DNA of 64,000 bases from Octopus vulgaris. Its lineage: Eukaryota. The stretch is from positions 126,480,001 to 126,544,000 of the forward strand of contig OX597815.1 in assembly GCA_951406725.2 (NCBI GenBank), read 5' to 3'. Made by a program: the position numbers and the translations under genes. A model generated the notes under the pieces. That model ran no database searches. It was not told the DNA's origin and worked only from the letters and a program-made list of their open reading frames with translations. Within the stretch, counting starts at the first letter, position 1, and every line of letters begins with the position of its first letter. Below are positions 40,082 to 52,188 of this stretch, one piece after another.

Positions 40082-40134
40082 AATCGTTACAGTTGAAAAG
40101 GTCTCAAAATGACCGAAACCGGTACTGAAAGATT
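40082..40134 (+). ncRNA. Minimal type I hammerhead ribozyme with U3-A8 core variant
   Basis: AATCgTTaCAG-TTGAAAA-GGTC(TCAAAAT)GACC-GAAA-CCGG-TA-CTGaAAGATT: stem I, core, stem II, GAAA, palindromic stem III ACCGGT, GUA triplet. Confidence 0.75.
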
Positions 40135-40216
40135 CACTATAAAATTATCTTAGCATTTTCTATTTTTGACTTGTTTTTTCATATATATCAACTCGTGTAT
40201 TCCTTTCCACCCTTAT

Positions 40217-40314
<98 letters not shown>

Positions 40315-40411
40315 GTATATATATATATTTATATATATATATATTTATATATGTAGATATATATTTATATATGTATATTTATATATATATATATTTATAT
40401 ATATATATGTA

Positions 40412-40474
<63 letters not shown>

Positions 40475-40557
40475 ACACACGCACATATATATATATATAT
40501 ATATTATAGCCTCAGTTTTGTGAGTGGGTTTTGTACTCGGAAACTGAAAGGAGTCTG

Positions 40558-40603
<46 letters not shown>

Positions 40604-40614
40604 GTGTGTGTGTT

Positions 40615-40790
40615 TATACCCCCACCATTGATTGGCAACTGATGTTGCGGTGTTTACATTCCCATAGATTTGCAGTTCGGCAAAACACACTGTTAGAATA
40701 AGTACTCGGCTTACAAAGAATAAATCCTATAGTTGATTTTTTCCACCATGGCCGCAGTCACATGACTGAAACAAGTAAAACAATAAAAAA
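40615..40790 (+). mobile_element. 3' part of another SINE-like repeat family (related antisense fragments near 28730 and 29270)
   Basis: GGTGTTTACATTCCC...GTTCGGCAAAA...TAGAATAAGTACT...ATGGCCGCAGTC...TGACTGAAACAAGTAAAA; complements found elsewhere in the window. Confidence 0.55.
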
Positions 40791-40805
40791 ACTATGCCAT
40801 CTTAA

Positions 40806-40833
40806 TCCCGAGCAAGGCCGAGTATCTCTGCTA

Positions 40834-40835
<2 letters not shown>
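40806..40835 (+). mobile_element. Probable Helitron 3' terminus
   Basis: Imperfect GC hairpin CCCGAGCAAGGCCGAG, 8 nt, then CTAG|T. Confidence 0.5.
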
Positions 40836-40892
<57 letters not shown>

Positions 40893-40894
<2 letters not shown>

Positions 40895-40985
40895 GGAGTA
40901 AACACATAAATGTGAAACAAGGTGGAAAAAAGAATACTCAAATACCAGTGGTAGAGTATTATGCTTTATTTAAAGCAGCAGAAAT
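40893..40985 (-). repeat. Terminal fragment of the family seen at 55578..55776, abutting (TA)n
   Basis: (TA)n-CCGGAGTAAACACATAAATGTGAAACAAGGTGGAAAAAAG...GCAGCAGAAA near-identical to 55578-55670. Confidence 0.85.
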
Positions 40986-40989
40986 GTGA

Positions 40990-43590
40990 CTATCCGGGCA
41001 GCTGAGAGCATATCTGAGAGGGCCACTATGAAAAGCAGAGGTCCCAAGACATTGCCCTGTGGAACACCGCTCACTTTTTGTGTTTTCATTCAGGTGGCTC
41101 CATTGGCCACTACTGCCTGACTTCTACCTTTCAGAAAGACATGTAACCACTCTCCAAGTTTTCCAGCTATTGCTGAGATCACGCAGTTTGTGACATATCA
41201 TACCATGATCCACTTCGTCAACAGCTTTTGCAAAATCAAGGTATATTACCTCCACATTTGAGTTGTTGAGTAACTGCCTCAACACCCAGTCATAATGTTG
41301 TAGGATCTGGGTCAGGCAGCTCCTACCTGGTTGAAAGCCATGCTGGGTATCACTCAGCAAATTCTTTTCTTCAATGAATGCGATTAGTTTCCCTCTGACT
41401 ATCCGTTCCATGACTTTGCTGATGTGTGAAGTCATAGAGATAGGCCTATAGTTTTTGGCATCTGCTCTGCATCCCCCTTTATGGATTGGGCATATTATTC
41501 CCTCCTTCAGCTTGCTTGGCAGTCTGCCATTTGCAAGAAAACTCTGGAAGAGAATCTTGAGGGGTTTTGCCAGGGCATGTTTACACAATTTGAGGAGGAT
41601 TTGTGGGAAACCATCAGGACCAGCAGTTGAGTTTGCGTCCACCACATCTATGACTAGTAGAATATCTTCTTCGCCAATGTCAATGTATTCCATCGTAACT
41701 GCCTCGCTGGTTATAGGTGAGGTGGCAAAGAAGTCCACTGGTTCGTTCACTTGTCTGTGTTCCAACGGGGTGGTAAAGACACTTTTGAACTGGTTATTCA
41801 CTACCTCACTGATCCTGATTGGACTATCTGTGAGGGAGCCATCCTTTTGGAAGAGGGATCCTATCTTGCAGTGTACTGATGCTGTTTCTTTAGCGTAATG
41901 AAAGAAGGAATTTGGGTTTGACTTAATGTTTTTTACAACCCAGGTTTCTTTGTCAGCTCTTTTCCTCACATAGGATTGTTGCAGGCTTTTTTTTTCAATC
42001 TCCATTAGTGTGGTTTTTAGGCAGGACCTTTCGCTACTTATGGGATGTTGGTTGAGGCGATATAGCACCTTCGTCTGTCGAATCATGAGGATCTTCCTCT
42101 TCCTTAGAATCTTGTTCCTATTTGTTGTGGCCTTGTGCTCTGGGACATATTTCTGGCATATGGCTTGCACAACAGACATGAAATATTCTAGTTTCATGCC
42201 AAAGTCTGGTGTGAAGAGACATTTCGGCCAGTCCTGACTGAGGATCTCTTTTTGGATCGATTCCAGTCTGTTTTGTGGAAGTTCAGATTGGAGAGATTTC
42301 GGGTGCTTCCTTTATGTCTCTGTATGTTTCTTATGTATGTCTCTGGCTACTTTCGGCTCACAGATAGCTCTATTTTGTTGTGATCTGAGACTAATGTCGG
42401 CGCCACATTCACATCATGTACCATGTCTATATTGTTCGTGAAGCAGAGATACAAAATTTTATTCACCCTAGTTGGTCTGAGTACTACTTGTTCCATGAAA
42501 AGGGCATTGGTGAAGTGCTTGCTTGCAATGAGTTATTCCAGGTAAAGGACCGGAGTATCTTGATGGATTCTTCCTTTTCGACTTCGCCCCAGTGCGTCCA
42601 TGCTGCCAACAAAGCACGCGGAGTTCTGTTTTTGATTCGACGGTCATTCGGAATGCTCACAGCAGCCATATTCCTACCGCTCTATGTCACGCTGGTGAGA
42701 CCATATTGGAGTACGGGATTCAAGCCTCTTCTCCTTATCTCCTCAAAGACATACAGCATCTCGAAAGAGTCCAGAAGCTGGCTACCCGCATGGTTCTTGG
42801 TCTCAAGCATTTGTCTTATGAAGAAAGGCTGAAGACGCTCGACCTTTATTCTCTAGAAAAACGACGACACCGTGGTGATCTCATTCTTGCTCACAACATA
42901 ACAAGCAGAAAGTGTAACCTCTCGAAAGAGCTGTTCTTCACTCCTGCTCCAGATCGTCGGCTGCGGGGTCTCTCCGAAAAGCTCTATCTGCGACGATTTC
43001 ATCTCAATCGAAGGAGAGAGGCTTTCTCCGTTCGGGTTGCGGATCCGTGGAATAAGCTGCCGGGCGAGATGGTGAAGATGCCAACGACCGCTCGGTTCAA
43101 AGTCTCCCTTGACCACAAGTGGCCTGAACTCTTTACATGAACACCACCCTGTACATAACTCCATGTCCCCCTACATGACCTTGCTTTTTGCTTTTTGAGC
43201 CAAAAAAATAACTAACTAACTAACTAACTAACTAACTGAGAGCATGATTCCTTCAGGCCATTTGACGTTAGGGAGTTGAAATCACCCATAAGAAATATGC
43301 TCACGTGGTGTTCCAGTTGCATGCGGATTTCTTTAATTCTTGTGAGGCAATCTTCAAACTTGCCTATGTGGTTTGGAGCATCCGGTGGGCAATATGTATT
43401 GAGTATGACTATATTATGCTGTCTTGGGTATACAATTAGAGTGTCACATACTGAATTTGAGTATGACAGTAAGACCTGGGAGGGTGAGGTCATCACGGAT
43501 GTATACAGCAACTTCGTCATGACTCCTTTCCCTTCTGTCTGTTCACTCTATGGCATATTTTGGTACGCGTACTTCTGCATCCTACATATA
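40990..43590 (-). mobile_element. CR1-clade LINE ORF2 (APE endonuclease + RT), degenerate, interrupted by a nested insertion
   Basis: APE remnants YCPPD/MGDFN/SDHN; RT AGPDG, NYRPISMTS, QHGF.GRSC, YLDFAKA.D.VDH, GVPQG.VLGP. Confidence 0.92.
42540..43236 (+). mobile_element. Nested 5'-truncated CR1-type LINE 3' end with (CTAA)n tail
   Basis: LYVTLVRP, LERVQKLATRMV.GLKHLSYEERLKTLDLYSLEKRR.RGDLI, FSVRVADPWNKLP; ends in AACTAACTAACT... Confidence 0.9.
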
Positions 43591-43700
43591 TATATAGAGA
43601 GAGTGAACAGACAGAAGGGAAAGGAGTCATGACGAAGTTGCTGTATACATCCGTGATGACCTCACCTTCCCAGGTCTTACTGTCATACTCAAATTCAGTA
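43449..43700. repeat. 101-bp inverted duplication (43449..43549 / 43600..43700), 50-bp spacer
   Basis: Arms are reverse complements with one mismatch seen; sits at the 5' truncation point of the CR1. Confidence 0.95.
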
Positions 43701-43886
43701 CCTACATCTACATGTATATATACATGCATATATAAATATATATACGTGAGTACAGGACACCACAAATAGACGTAGAACTCAACGAGAAACGAAAACGTAA
43801 AAACAAACGTGGAAACGGACCTAAACGAAAAAAACAGAGTACAAGACAAACTATACAAGGAAAAATCCCCTGTGTGTGTGTGTGTG

Positions 43887-43957
<71 letters not shown>

Positions 43958-43969
43958 GTATGTATTATA

Positions 43970-44290
43970 TATGGTTAGAGCGTCGAGCTTACGATCGTGA
44001 GATTGTGAGCTCGAATCCCGGACTGGGCTGCGTGTTGTGTTCTTGAGCAAGACACTTTATTTCACGTTGCTCCAGTTCACTCAGCTGTAGAAATGAGTTG
44101 CGACGTCACAGGTGCCAAGCTGTATCGGCCCTTGCCTTTCCCTTGGACAACATCGGTGACGTGGAGAGGGGAGGCCGGTATGCATGGGCGACTGCTGGTC
44201 TTCCATGAAACAACCTTGCCCAGACTTGTGCCTCAGAGAGTAACTCTCTAGGTGCAAACCCATGGTCAGTGTCTGACCGAAGGGGGTCAC
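43970..44290 (+). mobile_element. tRNA-derived CORE-type SINE
   Basis: TGGTTAGAGC...GCTCGAATCCCG tRNA head, then TGTGTTCTTGAGCAAGACACTTTA resembling the MIR/CORE domain; flanked by TA-rich repeats. Confidence 0.75.
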
Positions 44291-44330
<40 letters not shown>

Positions 44331-44376
44331 GCGTGTATGTATGTATGTAAATATAATATGTGACAATTATTCGGTA

Positions 44377-44446
44377 GCCATGATAAAACTCCGAGTTTCG
44401 GATGTCGGGGCGGAAATCAACGCCGCCATCTCTTCAGTTATCCGGC
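44377..44446 (-). ncRNA. Type I hammerhead ribozyme motif
   Basis: Minus strand GCCgGATAA-CTGAAGA-GATGGCGG..CCGC..CATCC-GAAA-CTCgGAG-TT-TTATCatGGC. Confidence 0.7.
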
Positions 44447-44966
44447 CATCGGAAAAAATGCTATGAAAATGACCGTTAAACAAAGGGAAATGACTGTGTG
44501 ATTGACCGTTATTAAGGTAAAAGAGCTATTTGAATGACTGCTAACTGGGGGAGTAGAGGTAAGGGGGTAAAAATCTTCATAATATTCACGTAAGCGCGCA
44601 TGTCCATACCTACACATGCGCACCCGCACACCCACATACATACGCCTATCAGTATACACTCATCCACCCTCACATACATTCTCACCCACACCATTCACCC
44701 AAAATATATATATACATACCTGCATACACGCTCACACACACATTTCTTCATTTCGTTCCTTTCGGGATTTTATCCCTAATTTTGTGGTTATGGAACCTAG
44801 CTGTTCTTTCTAGCGTGATGAATCCCATGAGTGGATTCCTTATGTGTTTAAATGTACACTGTATTTTATGAGTAATACATAGTCTTTGGACTAAATTTTT
44901 ACACGCTAGGCCACTGGAAGCGAACATTTCTATTAATTTCCATTTCCCTTCGATATGATTAAGTAT

Positions 44967-45069
<103 letters not shown>

Positions 45070-45270
45070 TCCCATCGGTTTATGCAGCTGAGTAGACCTT
45101 GTCTGTAGATGTCGTTAGGTTGTGTCTGAAGCTAAGACTTTACTTCGGAAGTAAGTTCATCATCATCCGAAAAGTGCTTCCTCTTCAAAAAGGACTTCAT
45201 GGTTGGAAAGAGCTTGAAGTCAGATGATGCCAGGTCGGGGAAGTAAGGGGAGATGAGGAATGAACTCAGA
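45070..45270 (-). mobile_element. Mariner transposase C-terminal fragment
   Basis: SPYFPDLASSDFKLFPTMKSFLKRKHFSDDDEL matches the YSPDLAPSDFxLF motif. Confidence 0.85.
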
Positions 45271-46989
45271 GTCATAGCAGTGTGCTTTAATCTAGGCAAC
45301 ATATTGATTTGAACTGGGGTGTTGTGAACTGGTGGAAAGCTAGAATTTACAATGTTACCCGTAGAGTCATGCATGATTATATCTGTACAAGCTCCGTTTA
45401 CTGCAATAACCGGAAGTGGATCAGTAGCCTTTGGCTCGGAGTTTGCGTAAAGCAGAATTCGCACTGTGGCCTTTCATCTGATACTGTGACAAACTCTTGA
45501 CTCTGTCATTGGTATCTGAGCATAATTAGTATAATGAATATGCAATGTAAATTATCTATAGTCTCCAGTCTTTCGACAAATACAAAGTGGACTTTTGAAA
45601 TTGTATAGTCCATATTGTGTATCAAAGAAACCACACATTTTTAATTCTGATTAACCAACTAAATGAAACATCGTCATTTGTCTGACTTCAGTATGTACAG
45701 AGCGCACCAAGACGCCATATTATCTCATTTCCTATCAATTTATATACTTAAATTCTTGTAACTGTTGGTAAATGATGTTAACTATAACTTTAGTATACAC
45801 AAAGAGAGTTCGTCACTCAGCTTCGACTTCCTATCGAAACCATATTCTTTTATATATGTTAGTAATACTTGCTGAAATTCATGAACGTCACAACTTTGCT
45901 TTCCCTCTAAAATGTTAACTGGCAAAAAATATGACCATCTCAAATATAACAATATGTATTATTTATATATGCATGTATGTATGTATGTATGTATGTATGT
46001 ATGTATGTATGTATGTATGTATGTATGTATGTATGTATGTATGTATGTATTATGTATGTGTGTATATATGTATGTATATATTATGTATGTATGTATGCAT
46101 GCATGTATGTATGTATGTATGTATGTCATTATTCAGTTTATTTCAAGATTTCTTGCCAATAGAGAAAGAGCGGGTTTCTAACCTAGATCCAAGATTCCTT
46201 CATTAAAATTTCAACATCTGCAGCGTATTTTTCTATGTATGTATGTATGTATGTATGTATGTATGTATGTATGTATGTATGTATGTATGTATGTATGTAT
46301 GTATACGTGCAGATTTGTATATTTTGTTTTATGTATGTCTTCTCATTCATATCTAGACATGCTCATATATACTTAAATGATAAACTTCTGGAAAGTTTTA
46401 CAGATTTTTACAGTTTCAGTAATGACAGTAGTCTTCGAATTTATTCATAACTCCAAGAAAAATGAGTTTTGTAATTACGGTTTCTTCTATATCTACAGCT
46501 AGAGAGAATCTGTTTACCTGTTGAGGTGTTGTTTTCGTTCTGTTCCTCGGTTGTACTGTTGTTGATGTGTCAAGCAAAGTTGTTTTTAGTAACTTTCTGC
46601 ATGGTAAATTCAAGTTGCTGTTGAAAGTCATTACGATCGTGAATAAAAGGCTCCCTTAGTTAATTCATCTGAAGGTTAACCAGTAATTTAACAGGGCTGA
46701 TAGTTGTGACTCCAACGTTGGAGATAGTATTCATTGTATTTTCGATAGTCTCTCACGCCAAATACGCGACTTGTCGCTTCGATTTTGTATGTATGTATGT
46801 ATGTATGTATGTATGTATGTATGTATGTATGTATGTATGTAGATGTTTTGCTTTAAATGAGAAAATCTTATATATACTTGTTAAAAGTCTTGGTGAATCA
46901 AAATATTTGCAAAGTATATATTACAACAAAAGCAAGAGAACTTGACATATTTTTAATTCCATGTGTTTCATTACAGCATTATAAAAATA

Positions 46990-46991
<2 letters not shown>

Positions 46992-47050
<59 letters not shown>

Positions 47051-47052
47051 GC

Positions 47053-47098
<46 letters not shown>

Positions 47099-47130
47099 AT
47101 TATTATTATCATCATCATTATTATTATTAC
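46992..47130. repeat. Compound (TTA)n(TTG)n(TTA/TCA)n microsatellite
   Basis: Directly visible; adjoins the 3' end of the R4/Dong-like element. Confidence 0.95.
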
Positions 47131-47134
47131 TTTC

Positions 47135-47620
47135 ATATACACACAACAAAGACTGTTGGAAAAGAAAAAAATCCTAACATCGGGCTACAACATGTAAACT
47201 TAGATGCCAAGAACCCTCCTAAGTATACTTGCTTTCCTTAATAACCCTGTATTCTGAAGCTCTACTAAACTGGGTTTTATGTCTATTTCTTCTATCCATC
47301 TGTTCAGATCTTTAGGGATAGTTCTCAGTGCACTTGTAACTAGAGGAATACATTTTGCCCGCACTTTCCATAGTCTCTGTAATTCAATGGCCAAGTCCTG
47401 GTACTTTGTTATTTTTTCTATATCTCTCATATTTATTCTTTCGTCATTTGGGACTGTAAATTCAATTATCTGGCACTTTCTATTCTCTTTATCTACTACC
47501 TTAAATCAGGCCTTCTAGCTTCAATTACTCTGTCAGTTTGAATGTTGAAGTTTTTCTTACTTTCTAATATTTTACTAGGTTCATGTTCATACCATTTATT
47601 AGTATGTTCAAATCCTAGCT
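47135..47620 (-). mobile_element. R4/Dong-type non-LTR element 3' fragment (restriction-like endonuclease)
   Basis: RPD..DKENRKCQIIEFTVPNDE..EKITKYQDLAIELQRLWKV..IPLV..LRTIPK..ILRRVLG*; followed by (TAA)n. Confidence 0.85.
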
Positions 47621-48425
47621 TTCTATATGAGTAACGCTTTCCTCTTTTGATTTGCATAATCTGTATTGGAAATCTACTGGTTTTTGTCTATCTTGGCTTT
47701 CATCCAATTAGTCCTTAATGCTTGATCTTGTACAGCTACTAATAAATTTTCTGTCTCCTTTTTCAGCTTTCCTTTCTGCAACCGTAGCCATGTCTCACTA
47801 CTACTACTTGCTGCAACTATCTTTGAGAATCTACCATACGACGCCTTCTCCTGTCAGTCAGATAACTTCTGTTCATTTTATTGTTGTTGTTGCTAAATCC
47901 ATAGTAGTTATAAACATGTAGAGGACATGTAGAGGTCCTTCTCAACTGTGATATCTCAGATAAGAATTCAAAAATTATATTCATATTCATAATGTATTTC
48001 TTATATTGTAATGAAGCACGTGTAACATGGAATTAGAGATACTAAATTTTCCACTCTCTGCTTGAATATTTACATACATATATGTGTGTATGTATGCATA
48101 TATATGTGTTTGTGTGTGCGTATGTGTATGTGTGTGTGTATGTGTGTACGTATTAACCTGTTACTAAGAAATTAACAAGCCACTTTTATTGATGTTTAGG
48201 TTGTGCCAAGCAATTTTGTTCATATCTGTATATACATACATTATGCCCTCATGAAATTCACAATATCACAATTCCATTTTAGACATTTTTACTATATAAA
48301 ATAAATAATGGTGTATGGGTGAGAAACTCTATATAGGTGGATATATATTCTGAATGAATATTCCTTTATTACAATAAAACGAAGTATGTTTTATAGTTTC
48401 CCCGTTCTACTGATTGACTGAAAGA

Positions 48426-48468
48426 CAGACACGTATCAATATATTGTGAATATATTGATACGTGTCTG
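48426..48468. repeat. Perfect 20-bp inverted repeat with 3-nt loop
   Basis: CAGACACGTATCAATATATT-GTG-AATATATTGATACGTGTCTG. Confidence 0.95.
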
Positions 48469-50075
48469 CTTTTTCTCTTTCTTTTAGAAATCCTATAATT
48501 TCTAGATCACCATGAAAACATTTGTTAGTGAATATGGAAATTTATAATCAAGATTCAAAACCTTTACTAAAAACCGAAAACAATTCACCAGCATCTAATG
48601 GGCAGTTTACAACATGAAGTTTGAGTACTTTCGACATAATTTCATTGTTCAAAGTCTGTTTTACCGATTTATTTCAACTAAGACTACATTCCATGATTAT
48701 GCTTTCATTTTTATTTTGAGACAATTGTTTTGGCATATTACAGTGCACATCGCTTTTGGTGCATGAGAGGAGATAATTTGGACAATTGTCTATAGTACTG
48801 ATTATATCTTCTGCACGAACGCAGCAAAACCACCATTTTGATCTCCTCGTGTCCTGTTTTTTCTCTATTGCATATTACACTTTAGTTTATAGGTATCCCT
48901 ATAATTTTTTTATACGCTTTAGTACACATGTTCCTTTACACGCCCAATCCATTATTGAATCCTTGAATCACTGGCATTTAAATTGCTTTTCGTTGTACGC
49001 TAATTTTTAAAAACATTAAGAAGGAATTGTTTTGAATAAAATATGACGCCGTGCATTCGTAAAATACATGAAATAGCTTCCTACCACCCACCTAAAATGG
49101 TGGATTATCAGTTAATTGGTATCACTATTCATGTTCAGTACCATTACTTTGAACTGTAATGTGCTATTTGCCACCTTCACACTATTTCATTCCTACTTCT
49201 CATTCCCAAAACTTTTTCTCTCCCACCCGCTCTCTTTCTCTTCCTTTCTTTCATTTTGCCTTTCTTTCATCTTCTCCTCGATACCATTTGAAATTCTTCA
49301 TAAAGCTACATTTATCGGAAATTGTCTTCCTGTTTCCGTAATTTTCGAATTAAATCTTCGGCAGTCCCAATTTTAAATTAAATGACCAACAAACAACACA
49401 AAACCGAGCCAATCTATGTATACAACAAATAGTCACAATCGATAGAAGAGTATTTAACACCACCTAGTTGATAAAAAGCCGATACATTTTATGTCACTTA
49501 CAGCAACATAGGAAAAGTACAATGGTTTTGTTCTTCGTTGCTTACTTCTATCGGTAGCCATGGAGTGTTAGACTTGTGAGAAACAAGAATTAATTATTGT
49601 GACATCCATACTATTGCAGCGGCACTGGGGAAATATAAATGAAGTCACTAGCGGCAATTAGAAATAAAAGCTGCGATGCTGATATGAACTCAGCTCACCG
49701 GAAATTCACTCACTATAACATTCTCCTTTCTTTTCCAACTATGATAAATAAAAGAGAAACGTGATCAGAAGTTGAATAACATTATTATAGGGAAATGGTC
49801 AAATAAATTTCTAGAATGTTAGAGATAACTTTGTCGTCTAAAATCTTATCTTGCAGTCGATTTATGAAAAGCATTCAGTTTTATTACTTTATTATATAAG
49901 ACAGAGAAACGGCTACATTTTCCTTGACTGCGATCTGGAAATTATTTATTGCACTAATAGTCTAATTGGGTTGGAGGCCAAAGTTCCCCTTAACAGAGTA
50001 ACGGAGAGGGTTTACTCGTACGTTCTACTGTTTCTGCATCCTCAGAGACCACAAAATTTCTTTTGTTAAATCTAT

Positions 50076-50130
<55 letters not shown>

Positions 50131-50135
<5 letters not shown>

Positions 50136-50840
50136 CACTCTGTATTTTAGTGAATAACCACAGATTCGTCCTGAAAGAGCCTTTGTGGAAGATGTTAGGT
50201 TGGTTAATGTGCAACCTGTACGGTGTTCTCGATTCCGAGTCATACAAGAGAATAGTAAGAATGGCAGATTTATAAACTTGTACTTTTATTCCAAAGGCGA
50301 TGACAGAGTTTGTCAAATGCATTGGTTGCTTTCGCAAGACGGTTGACGATTTCATCATTAAGGGAAGTGTTCGAGTTCACTTTACTACCAAGGTATGTTG
50401 AACTGTTTAGTAAGTGCAAGATTGGTAGAATCAAGCGCTTCCTTATGCAATCACAGTTGCGCTGGGCTGGTCACGTCAGAATGAGTGACGAAAGAATACC
50501 CAAAGTCCTCATGTACAGCCAGCTTGATAATGGGCACAGAATTGTTTGTCGACCATGGTTCAGATGTAAGGACAAGCTGAAGAGTAACTTCTCAACAGTC
50601 AACATAGCTCACGACATCTTTGAGCAAACAGCCTTAGAGCGGAGAAAATGGAGATTGTTGTGTCAAAACAGTATAAAAGATTTTATTTCAACCAGTATTA
50701 AGAGGAGGCTTAGCGGTGCAAGGCAAAGGAGAAAATGGCTTCAAATATACCGCCTGCACTGACCTGTAATCCGCATACTTACAACATCTGCGGACATCTT
50801 TGAAAATCGTTGGCGGACTCAAATGTCACATTCGACATAA
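50131..50840 (+). mobile_element. RTE-clade LINE 3' fragment with inverted 5' part (50131..~50393 minus; ~50394..50840 plus)
   Basis: Plus: QSQLRWAGHVRMSDERIPKVLMYSQL..RPW.R.KD.LK. Minus: YLGS..SLNDEIVNRLAKA..IKVQVYKSAILTILLY. Confidence 0.85.
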
Positions 50841-51130
50841 GCATACTGCTGTACTCCTCCAATACCAACCTAAATTCAGCCCACTAACTACTGCTATATC
50901 GACCACCAATCCTTTATGTCCACCTCCCTCTATCTTCATTCATACATCTCTACATAGCTAAGTAATATTCTTCAGCCACTGAACTGGTATCTTCCCTCAA
51001 ATAATGGCCATTCCCTTTCTCATTATCTCAACCATTAATTCTATAGCTACCATAAAAACTTAACACAGTAGGTTACCTTTCACAGGCCACCTACCCAACC
51101 CTTACCGCATCCTCTACATTCCATGTTTAT

Positions 51131-51186
<56 letters not shown>

Positions 51187-51814
51187 CCTACTAACCTCTT
51201 TATCTACCCTTCACACTTGAACTATACTTTCTCCTCTCACTATTCCCCATCTGAACCGTCCCCCCAATCTCCCCCCAATACACTTAGCTCTCCACATTCA
51301 ATCATTCCATCTTTGAATTTCTGTCTTTAACAAGTCAAATGTAAGATCTCTTCCCTGAAAACGGAAGTTCGTCTCATCCTATGATGGAATCAATCTACGA
51401 ACATTATTATGGACTACCGAGCCCCCAGAACAGCTGTTGGATTTGTAATACTGTTCCTCATCTCTTTTAATTCTCTATATCATCTACTGCATCTCCTGCT
51501 CTCTCTGCCCTTCTCTATACCTCAGGCTCCGTTAACAGAGATTAATCTTCTCTCTTCGCTCCTTTGCACCACATGGGCACAACTATCTTCCCCTCTTCAT
51601 CTAAGCTACTCCCCTCGACTCTCTCCCCCTCACACCTACTTCCTCCCACCCACTTCTCTTTTGCTCCAACTCCTACTTCTCTTAACTCCTACTCTCCTTC
51701 TTTCTTCTCTTCACTCCTGCCCACCTTCTCCTTTTCTCTTTCCCACATATCTAATGCATATGCATGTACAGACACATACATATGCACATATATATATATG
51801 TGTGTCTATACACT

Positions 51815-51849
<35 letters not shown>

Positions 51850-52188
51850 GCAGACAGACAGCAGGCATAGATATGTCCCTTGTACGCAACACTGACCATT
51901 GGCGCCAGTCCTAAATGTTTTTTTCAACAACAATCCCTGAGAATCATCCAGCAATTAGACAAATACTTTATGACCTTCCAAATCTTTTGCTCGGATACTT
52001 CATACGCCAACCACTAACATTCTTCTTCTTCTTCTTCTTCTTCTTCTTCTTCTTCTTCTTCTTCTTCTTCTTCTTCTTCTTCTTCTTTCCCCACCACCAC
52101 TAACATCTCCACACTATCTCTTCAGTTTGCTGAAACATATCCCTTCACCAACCCTATTGTTTGAAATATTCAGTATTAAGGTTAACAT

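Larger units (their letters stand above)
37736..40188 (+). mobile_element. Penelope-like element, right (longer) copy ending in ATATATAT
   Basis: ORF plus ~750-nt 3'UTR with (TCA)n/(TTC)n tracts and a terminal hammerhead motif. Confidence 0.97.
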
